The notes beneath the pieces are model-generated. The model made no database searches and was not told where the DNA came from. It saw nothing but the letters and a program-made list of their open reading frames with translations. From Armatimonadota bacterium (lineage in GTDB: Bacteria > Sysuimicrobiota > Sysuimicrobiia > Sysuimicrobiales > Kaftiobacteriaceae): a stretch of DNA of 25,233 bases. The DNA lies in the NCBI GenBank assembly GCA_037440005.1, contig JBBIUY010000007.1:1-25233 (forward strand), in the 5' to 3' direction. The position numbers and the translations under genes are program-made. Below, one piece after another: positions 17,876 to 25,233 of the stretch. Each line of letters opens with the position of its first letter. Position 1 is the stretch's first letter.

Positions 17876-18789
17876 AGAGAAGACCCCGCATGTCCCTCGT
17901 CACGTACCTGTTGCAGCAAGTGGTCAACGGACTCACCCTCGGCAGCATCTACGCCCTGACGGCCATCGGCCTGTCCATCGTCTACGGGATTCTACGCCTG
18001 ATCAACTTCGCCCACGGGGACGTGTTGATGGTGGGGGCATATGTCGCCCTCGGTCTGCTGGGCGCCTCGGGAGGGAACCTGTGGGGTGCCCTGCTGGGGG
18101 CGGCCGCGGCCGCGGGTCTCCTTGGGGTGGTGATAGAACGTGTCGCTTACCGTCCCATCCGCCGCGCCCCTGAAGTGGCGGCCCTGATCACGTCTCTGGC
18201 CGTGTCGATCCTGTTGCAAAATGCGGCGATCATGATCTTCACCGCACATCCCCGGACCTTTCCCGTTCCCGCCTGGTTGACCCAGTTGCACGCTGTGGGC
18301 GGGGTGCTGTTCAACACCCTGACGCTCATTACCGTGGTCACCGCGGCGGTCCTCATGGTCGGCATCCACCTGTTTGTCGCGCGGGCGAAGGCGGGAATCG
18401 CCATGCAGGCCTGCGCGCAAAACCTCGTGGTCGCTGAGATGATGGGCATCGACAGCGGCAGGATCATCATGCTGGCGTTCGCGGTGGGGTCAGCTTTGGC
18501 GGCCGTGGCGGGTGCCATGCTGGGAGCCCAGTACGGGCGCATTGATCCTTTCATCGGTTTTCTCCCCGGGCTGAAGGCTTTCGTGGCGGCGGTCATCGGC
18601 GGTATCGGCAGCGTGCCCGGCGCGGTGCTGGGCGGCTACGCCCTGGGATTTGCCGAGATCCTGTTCGTGGGGTTGCTGCCTCCCGAGCTCTCGGGGTACC
18701 GGGATGCTTTCGTGTTTTTTCTGCTGATCCTCGTCCTCGTGGCGCGACCGCAGGGTCTCCTCGCCACGGGGGGCGAGCGGGAGGCGTAG
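17872..18789 (+). CDS. HAAT ABC transporter permease, LivH-like
   Basis: QQVVNGLTLGSIYALTAIGLSIVYGILRLINFAHGD, KAFVAAVIGGIGS, RPQGL. Alternative start at ATG 17890. Confidence 0.92.
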
Positions 18790-18790
18790 C

Positions 18791-19810
18791 GTGCGCGCAA
18801 TTCCGGTCGTGGTCCTGGCAGGGGGCGTCCTGGCCCTGGCGCAGTCCTTCCTGAACCCGTACTATCTGCGGCTCGTCGACGTGACGGGTATCAACATCAT
18901 TCTGGCTGTCAGCCTCAGCCTCACCAACGGCCTCACGGGCGTGTTCTCCCTGGGCCACGTGGGGTTCATGGCGGTGGGGGCGTACTCGGCCGCCCTCCTC
19001 ACGTTGCCGACGGCGCGCAAGGCGTTGATCCTTCCCGATCTACCCGCGGGGCTGCAGCAGGTGCACCTCGGGCTGCTGCCCGCCACGCTGGCAGGTGGGG
19101 CTCTGGCCGCACTTTGCGCCGCGGCAATCGGTTATCCGGTGCTCCGACTGCGGGGTCACTACCTGGCGGTGGCCACCCTGGGCTTCTTGGTGATCGTGCG
19201 GTCGGTGCTCATCAACTGGGAGCGTGTCACCCGGGGAGGCGTGGGCATCAGCGGGATCCCGCCCTACACCACCACCTGGTGGACCTATGGAGTGGCGGCT
19301 CTGTGCCTGTACGTGACATGGCGGCTGACCCAGTCCGCCTACGGGCGGGCCATGCTGGCGGTGCGCGAGGACGAAGGAGCCGCGGCGGCCATGGGTATCA
19401 CCCCATCAGCCTTCCGGCTGTTGAGTCTGGTGGTGGGGGCGTTCTTCGCGGGCACGGCCGGCAGTCTGTGGGCGCACCTGATCACGGTCATCTCGCCAAA
19501 CTCCTTCTGGCTGACCGAGACGTTTGCTCTGGTCGTGATGCTGGTTGTGGGCGGCATGGGCAGCACCACAGGGGCCGTGGTCGGCGCCGTCACCATGACG
19601 ATCGTCCCCGAAGCCCTGCGGGGGCTGGAGGGAGGGATCCAGGTGGCCGGACTCAACTTGCCGCCGCTGTTCGGTCTCAGCCAGCTGCTCCTGGCGCTGG
19701 CGCTGATCCTCACCATGGTCTGGCGGCCCCAGGGCCTTCTGGGCGGGCGGGAGCTCAGCTGGCCCCGCTGGCTCCGGCAGGGATCGCTGCCACGCCGCGC
19801 CAATAAGTAA
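18791..19810 (+). CDS. HAAT ABC transporter permease, LivM-like
   Basis: GLTGVFSLGHVGFMAVGAY, LRLRGHYLAVATLGF, GRAMLAVREDE, GGMGS, RPQGL. Confidence 0.92.
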   Translation: MRAIPVVVLAGGVLALAQSFLNPYYLRLVDVTGINIILAVSLSLTNGLTGVFSLGHVGFMAVGAYSAALLTLPTARKALILPDLPAGLQQVHLGLLPATLAGGALAALCAAAIGYPVLRLRGHYLAVATLGFLVIVRSVLINWERVTRGGVGISGIPPYTTTWWTYGVAALCLYVTWRLTQSAYGRAMLAVREDEGAAAAMGITPSAFRLLSLVVGAFFAGTAGSLWAHLITVISPNSFWLTETFALVVMLVVGGMGSTTGAVVGAVTMTIVPEALRGLEGGIQVAGLNLPPLFGLSQLLLALALILTMVWRPQGLLGGRELSWPRWLRQGSLPRRANK

Positions 19811-19855
19811 GTATCGCGGCAGGCTGCTGGCAGCGCTACAGAGGGAGGCGACATC

Positions 19856-21001
19856 ATGCGGAGGGCGTGTGTCTTCCTGCTGTGTGCGGTGGTGGCGTGG
19901 GTCACAGCTCCGGTGGGAGCGCAGCCCCAGACGGTGAAGATTGGGGCTTTGTTCAACGTGACCGGCGGCATGTCGTCGATTGACGCTCCCGGGCTCAACG
20001 GGGCGAAGCTTGCGGTCAAAGAGTGGAACGCCCGCGGCGGCGTCCTCGGCAGACGGATCGAGCTAGCGGCGGAGGACGGCAAGACCGACCAGACGACGGT
20101 GGCCAATGCCATGTCCAAACTGATCAACGTCGAACGGGTGGTGGCCGTCGGAGGGCTCAACGACTCCACCTTTGCGCTGGCCGCCGGCCCCATCGCCCAG
20201 AAGGCCAAGGTGCCGTTCGTCATCGCCGGGGCCACCCTGCCGAACCTGCCCGACCAGATCGGGGATTACGCGTTCATGGTGCCGTTTACCGATGACGCCC
20301 AGGCCTTCGTGGGTGCCATCTACACCGTGAAGACCCTGAAGGCCAGACGGGTGTGGGTCATGACCGACAAAGCCTACGACTACACCCTCACCCTCACCAA
20401 GTTCTACAAGCAGAAGCTCCTGGAGCTGGGGGGTGTGGTGGTGGCGGAGGACGTGTACCAGAGCGGGGACAAGGACTTCTCCGCCCAGATCACCCGCCTG
20501 CGGCGGATCAGCCCGCCGCCCGACGCGCTGTTCATCTCGGCGGTCCCCGATGACATCGGGCTCATCGTGCGGCAGATCCGGTCGGCCGGGATCCGGATTC
20601 CCATCGTGGGCGGCGACGGATACGACACCGAGCTGCTGGTGACCATCCCCGGGAAGGCGCTGGCCGACAACATCTACTTCACCACCCACGTGTCTCTGAC
20701 CAGCAAGGCCGCGGTGGTGGCCAACTTCGTGAAGGCCTACACCAAGGAGTACGGCCGCGGGCCCGAAAACGCGTTTGCGGCGCTGGGGTATGACACCTTC
20801 AACCTGTTGTTGGATGCCATCCGCCGCGCGGGGCGGCCGGATCCGGCGGCCATCAAGGCGGCGTTGGAGCAGACCCGGGGATTCCGGGCGGTGACCGGAA
20901 CCATCTCCTACGAGGGTGGCCGTCACGTGCCCAAGAAGAGCGTGACCGTCATCAAGGTGGTGAAGGGGGAGTTCCAGTTCGCCACGGAGACGACGCCCTG
21001 A
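19856..21001 (+). CDS. HAAT ABC transporter substrate-binding protein (LivJ/K family)
   Basis: Signal peptide MRRACVFLLCAVVAWVTAPVGA, then VKIG, NARGGVLGRRIEL, DFSAQIT, ALGYD. SD GGGAGG. Confidence 0.92.
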   Translation: MRRACVFLLCAVVAWVTAPVGAQPQTVKIGALFNVTGGMSSIDAPGLNGAKLAVKEWNARGGVLGRRIELAAEDGKTDQTTVANAMSKLINVERVVAVGGLNDSTFALAAGPIAQKAKVPFVIAGATLPNLPDQIGDYAFMVPFTDDAQAFVGAIYTVKTLKARRVWVMTDKAYDYTLTLTKFYKQKLLELGGVVVAEDVYQSGDKDFSAQITRLRRISPPPDALFISAVPDDIGLIVRQIRSAGIRIPIVGGDGYDTELLVTIPGKALADNIYFTTHVSLTSKAAVVANFVKAYTKEYGRGPENAFAALGYDTFNLLLDAIRRAGRPDPAAIKAALEQTRGFRAVTGTISYEGGRHVPKKSVTVIKVVKGEFQFATETTP

Positions 21002-21005
21002 GACC

Positions 21006-22355
21006 ATGGCTTCCCCGGAATGGGTGGCGCGCATCAAGAGCCAGGGCATCCGCCTGGTGCGGTTCACGTACTGTGACAACGCCAACCTGATCCGCGCCAA
21101 GGCGGTGCCTGCCGACAGGCTCGCGGCCCACGCGCATGCCGGCGTGGGATTCTCGGTTGCGCAGCAGGCCCTGCCGGTGATGTACGATGCGGTGATCCCC
21201 GAGTCGGGCTTGGGTCCTGTGGGGGAGGTGTGGCTGGTGCCCGACCTGGCCACCCTCACCCCGCTGCCCTACGCCCCGGGCGCCGCCTCCGTCCTCGGCG
21301 ACTTCGTCACCCGGGAAGGACGCCCGTGGGAGCACTGCCCACGGACGTTCCTCAAGCGGGTCGTCGCGGACGCGGCGGCTCAGGGGTATGAGGTGATGGC
21401 CAGTTTCGAGAATGAGTTCTACCTGCTCCGTCCCGATCCGGGGCGCCCCGGCGGCTACCAGCCCGTGGACGACACCAACTTCGCCATGACGCTGGGGTTC
21501 GACCTGGCCCATGACGTTCTGCTGGACCTGGTGTCAACGCTGGAGCGCATGGGGTTGGACATCCATCTCCTGTACCCGGAGTCGGGGCCGGGGCAGTTTG
21601 AACTGACCATCCGCCATGCGCCGGCGGTGGCGGCCGCCGACCGGCAGGTACTGTTCCGGGATGCGGTGCGGGCGGTGGCGGCCCGGCACGGGCTGGCGGC
21701 GTCGTTCGCCCCCAAGCCGTTCGCCGACCGGGCCGGCAATGGAGCCCACCTGCACCTCAGCCTGTGGCGGGACGGCCGGAACGCGCTCTACGATGCCGCG
21801 GATTCCCTCTCTCTATCTCAGGAGGGGTACTGGTTCATGGGCGGCATCCTCGCCCACCTACGGGCCCTCTGCGCGCTCACCATCCCCAGCGTCAACTCCT
21901 ACCGGAGGATCCGGCCGCGGTTCTGGGCCGGCGCGTTTGTCTGCTACGGTCCGGAGAACCGGGAGGCGGCGATCCGGGTGATTACGCCCCGACAGGGGCC
22001 GGAGAGCCTGAACCTGGAGTTGAAGACCTGCGATCCCAGCGCCAACCCGTATCTGGCGTTGGGTGCCGTGCTGGCCGCCGGCCTGGACGGCATCCGTCGC
22101 CGCACCCATCCCGGAGCACCCGTCGAGACCGACCCCGCGCTCCTGTCCGACGACGAGCGCCGCCGGCGGGGGATCGAATCGCTGCCCACCTCCCTGGGCG
22201 AAGCCATCGCCGCGCTGGAGGAGGACGGAGTCCTCCAGGCGGCCCTGGGGGAGCCGCTCGCCCGGTCGTACCTGGCGGTGCGTCGGAGCGAGTGGATGGC
22301 GATGAAGGATCTCCCGGTGGAGGAGGAAATCCGCCACCACCTCCTGCGGTACTGA
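21006..22355 (+). CDS. glutamine synthetase-like gamma-glutamyl ligase (FluG/NodGS C-terminal-domain type)
   Basis: Metal/ATP motifs ENEFYL, ESGPGQFE, PKP, GNGAHLHLSL, NSYRR, ENREAAIR, ELKTCDPSANPYL. Lacks the DGSS ammonium-site region of true GlnA. Confidence 0.88.
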   Translation: MASPEWVARIKSQGIRLVRFTYCDNANLIRAKAVPADRLAAHAHAGVGFSVAQQALPVMYDAVIPESGLGPVGEVWLVPDLATLTPLPYAPGAASVLGDFVTREGRPWEHCPRTFLKRVVADAAAQGYEVMASFENEFYLLRPDPGRPGGYQPVDDTNFAMTLGFDLAHDVLLDLVSTLERMGLDIHLLYPESGPGQFELTIRHAPAVAAADRQVLFRDAVRAVAARHGLAASFAPKPFADRAGNGAHLHLSLWRDGRNALYDAADSLSLSQEGYWFMGGILAHLRALCALTIPSVNSYRRIRPRFWAGAFVCYGPENREAAIRVITPRQGPESLNLELKTCDPSANPYLALGAVLAAGLDGIRRRTHPGAPVETDPALLSDDERRRRGIESLPTSLGEAIAALEEDGVLQAALGEPLARSYLAVRRSEWMAMKDLPVEEEIRHHLLRY

Positions 22356-22357
22356 CG

Positions 22358-23485
22358 ATGGGCCGTGTCCCCTTTGCGGAGATCCCCATCGTCGACCACC
22401 ATGCCCACTCCCTGCTGATCGCGCAGCCGACCACCCCGGAGGCTTTCCGGCAATACTTCACCGAAAGCCCAGAACCCGCGGTGGTGGCCCGTGACACCCC
22501 TCACGCGCTCTTTTACCGCCGGGCCATCCGGGAGTTGGCGGACTTTCTGGGGTGTGAGGCCAGCGAAGAAGCCGTCCTGCAGGCCCGCAGTCGCCTGCCC
22601 CTGGCGGACCTTGTCCGCACTCTGTTGACCGACGCAGCCATTGACACGGTCCTGGTGGACTATGGCTACCGCCCGGCAGACCATTACCCTCATGAGAGCC
22701 TCGCGAGACTGCTGCCCTGCCGGGTGGAGCCCATCCTGCGTCTGGAGGCCCTGGCCGAGGAGCTGCTGGTGGCTGCGTCCTCCCTGGATCAGTTGGAGGA
22801 GGCGTTCGCAGCGGCCATCGATGCCGCTCCGCACCAGGGTGTCGTCTCCTACAAGACCATCATCGCATACCGGAGCGGGCTGGCCGTGGAGCGCCACTCC
22901 CGGGAGGAGGCGGATGCGGCCTTTCGCTCCGAGAAGGCCCGGGCCCACGCCGGGAAGATTCGGATGTCCGCCAAGCCGTTGCTGGACACGCTGCTGTGGG
23001 TGGCGCTGGAGAGAATCGCCCGACAGGGCATGCCTCTGCAGGTGCACACAGGCTTCGGCGACCCCGACCTTCACCTGATATACGCCAACCCCGCGTGGCT
23101 GCGCCCTGTACTGGAGCACCCGCAGGCCCGGGCCGTGAGGTTTGTTCTCCTGCACTGCTGGCCCTTCGTGAAGGAAGCGGCTTGGCTGGCGGGGGTCTAT
23201 GCCAACGTGTGGATGGATCTCTCCCTGACCGTTCCGTTTCTCGGGCCGGGCGGCGCCGAGGCGTTCGCCGAAGCTCTTCAGCACGCCCCCCTCACCAAGG
23301 TCCTGTACGCCTCCGACGCTTTCTCGATCCCCGAGCTCTACTGGCTGGGCGCCCGCCTCGGCCGGCAGGCGTTGGCCGCGGCTCTTGAGCGGATTCAGCG
23401 GGCGGGATACCTGCAGGCGGGCGAGGTGAGCGAGGCCGCGGAACGCATTCTGTCCGGCAATGCGCGGGACGTGTACCGGCTGTAG
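22358..23485 (+). CDS. amidohydrolase-2 family protein (FluG/NodGS N-terminal-domain type), 375 aa
   Basis: ATG at 22358, 2 nt after the GS-like stop. DHHAH, KTIIAYRSGL, QVHTGFGD, VLLHCWP, YANVWMD, KVLYASD. Confidence 0.88.
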   Translation: MGRVPFAEIPIVDHHAHSLLIAQPTTPEAFRQYFTESPEPAVVARDTPHALFYRRAIRELADFLGCEASEEAVLQARSRLPLADLVRTLLTDAAIDTVLVDYGYRPADHYPHESLARLLPCRVEPILRLEALAEELLVAASSLDQLEEAFAAAIDAAPHQGVVSYKTIIAYRSGLAVERHSREEADAAFRSEKARAHAGKIRMSAKPLLDTLLWVALERIARQGMPLQVHTGFGDPDLHLIYANPAWLRPVLEHPQARAVRFVLLHCWPFVKEAAWLAGVYANVWMDLSLTVPFLGPGGAEAFAEALQHAPLTKVLYASDAFSIPELYWLGARLGRQALAAALERIQRAGYLQAGEVSEAAERILSGNARDVYRL

Positions 23486-23506
23486 GCTCGCGAGGAGGTG
23501 GTCGCT

Positions 23507-23836
23507 GTGGCCCACTACCTGGTCCGCGCCACACCGGTGGTCGGTCGCCTGGCCGAGCTGCGGCGGCGGTTGACCGCCGGCGAGATCCGCCGGCTGCGGC
23601 CGTTCGGGCCGGCGCTGGACGCGTCCCTGCGGAGGGCGCGGCTGCAGCCCGACGGCACGGCGGTGTGGGAGGAGGAAGATTACTGCACGCCGCCCCTGGC
23701 CCAGGAGCGGGCGGCGGTCCTGGACGCGCACTTTACCGGCATCCGGGTGGAGCCGGTGCCGCCCTCCGACGGCTGGGCGCGGATCGGCGACCTGCCCTCC
23801 CTGTGGACGCTGCTGGACTCTCCGCCTCCGTCCTGA
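23507..23836 (+). CDS. hypothetical protein (WEEEDYCTPPLAQER motif)
   Basis: SD GAGGAGG (23492-23498) 8 nt before GTG 23507. Host-like codon usage and a globular-looking sequence. Confidence 0.7.
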   Translation: MAHYLVRATPVVGRLAELRRRLTAGEIRRLRPFGPALDASLRRARLQPDGTAVWEEEDYCTPPLAQERAAVLDAHFTGIRVEPVPPSDGWARIGDLPSLWTLLDSPPPS

Positions 23837-23843
23837 GTCCGCC

Positions 23844-25233
23844 TCACCGGGTCCGGCGCAGGACCCACAGTCCGGTGTTCATGTCGCTGGCGTACACCAG
23901 CCCCGTGGCCGGGTCCACCACCACCCCCCACACCTGAGTGGTGTTGGTCAGGACGAACCGCTGGCTGGGCTTGACCGGGTTCTGGCCGGCCGGCGGGACG
24001 AAGTACGCCACCTCCACGGGATGTCGCGGGTTGCTGGCGTCCACCACCCGCACCCCGTCGGTGTACCAGGACAGGTACACGTCGGTGCCCACCAGGAAGG
24101 GGTTGTGGATGGTGTAGTCTCCGGCTGCCTGGTCGTCCGTCCCCAGGGAGTTGGGTGTCCGGTATTCTCCGACCTGCACCGGCCTGGCCGGGCTACTGTA
24201 GTCGTAGATGCGCAGGTAGCCGAAGCCTTTCTCGATTCCCGGTCCCGAGGTCTTGCAGAAGTCTTCGTCGGCCGCAAACAGCAGGCGCCGGCGGTCGTCG
24301 TAGTTGGAGGAGTGGCCGTCCCCGTCGGCGTTGGGCGGGTAGGTGGTGCGCCCGAGGAACGTCGGTTGAGAGGGCCGGGTCACGTCCAGCGCGATGAAGC
24401 CGCTGTCCCAGTAGGCCAAAAAGACCAGCCGGCCGTCCTCGGAGGGTTCGGCCCCGTGGCCGAAGATCGGGTCGGGGTCGCACCCCTGGCCGGCCGCCGG
24501 CGGGCCGCCCAGGTTCTTGATCACGCCCCAGTCGGAGACCTCCACCGGGTGGGTGGGGTCGGTGATGTCGATCAGCCGGAAGTCCCCCCGACCCCGCTGG
24601 TCCCGCCGTCCCGTGGGCGACAGGGGGTCGGGGTACTCGCTGGCGGGCACGGTGGCGTAGGCGAAGGTGCGGCGCAGATCGGCGCGGTGGGCCACCTCGA
24701 ACTCGTGGACGCCACGGGTGCAGCACCCGGTGTCCAGGAACCCCAGCTGGAGCGGCTCCGTGGGGTCCGTCACGTCCACAGCATCAGGCCGCGGGGGAAC
24801 GACATGTCGTAGCGCGACCCGCCGCACACCTGGATGCCGGCGGCGGCGATATCGCGTCCCCGGAAGCGTCCGTAGCGCGCCGTGAAGACCACCACGTCCT
24901 CGGCGGACGTGCCGGGGGGATTCTGCAGCCGGGCGACCACCGCGGGGCGGGAGGGGTCGCGCACGTCAATCACCGCCACCCCGTTGTCGGGCTCCTGGGG
25001 GCAGAAGCGGTCGTTGCCGGTGGCCCAGTCGGTGAACCCCCAGTGGCCGACGTAGGCGAACCCCCGGTGGTACCAGACGTCGGCGTTGAACCCTCGCCCG
25101 CCGATGTCGGTGTGGCCCACCACCTCCATGTTCTGTGCCGATCCGGCCTTCTGGCCGCCCTCGTAGGTGGCGCTCAACTGCCGGAGGAAGTGCTTTTCGT
25201 CCTTGAGCAGTTCGTCGTCGTTGCCCGCCACAG
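23844..25233 (-). pseudogene. LVIVD-repeat (beta-propeller) protein, 5' end outside the window, with a 1-nt frameshift near 24776
   Basis: Repeats VAVIDVRDPSRP, RLIDITDPTHP, IALDVTRPSQP, RIYDYSSPARP, RVVDASNPRHP are spread over two frames (ORFs 24770-25231 and 23844-24827), which join as RGLMLW|DVTDPTEP. Confidence 0.8.

Noticed and set aside
21006..22355. Calling this gene glnA
   Set aside because: It lacks the ammonium-site motif of true GSI, and the context points to a gamma-glutamyl ligase.

Overview
High-GC bacterial chromosomal window (the lineage cannot be fixed from the sequence alone). Left to right: (1) a 43-aa secreted-type peptide gene missing from the ORF track, directly upstream of an XRE-HTH + TPR regulator. 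Together they look like an RRNPP-type peptide-signalling cassette, and the regulator has overlapping sigma54 and sigma70 promoter motifs. (2) A DUF1059-like small protein, folP and a TrpR/YerC-family regulator. (3) A strong promoter and palindromic operator driving hisZ-hisG-hisC-hisB-hisH-hisA-hisF-hisIE; hisD is absent, and an MDP-1-type HAD phosphatase overlaps hisIE. (4) An inverted heptamer-repeat element, then a class V aminotransferase and serA. (5) A flavin reductase divergent from a RibU-like ECF S component, an ABC-2 exporter pair and a SPOR-domain protein. (6) A Liv-type ABC importer followed by a GS-like gamma-glutamyl ligase and an amidohydrolase, i.e. a split FluG/NodGS-like pair. 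(7) A hypothetical gene and a frameshifted, window-truncated LVIVD-repeat gene on the minus strand. No rRNA, tRNA, CRISPR or transposase was seen. The best candidate for an undescribed system is the peptide/HTH-TPR pair at 36-1612.
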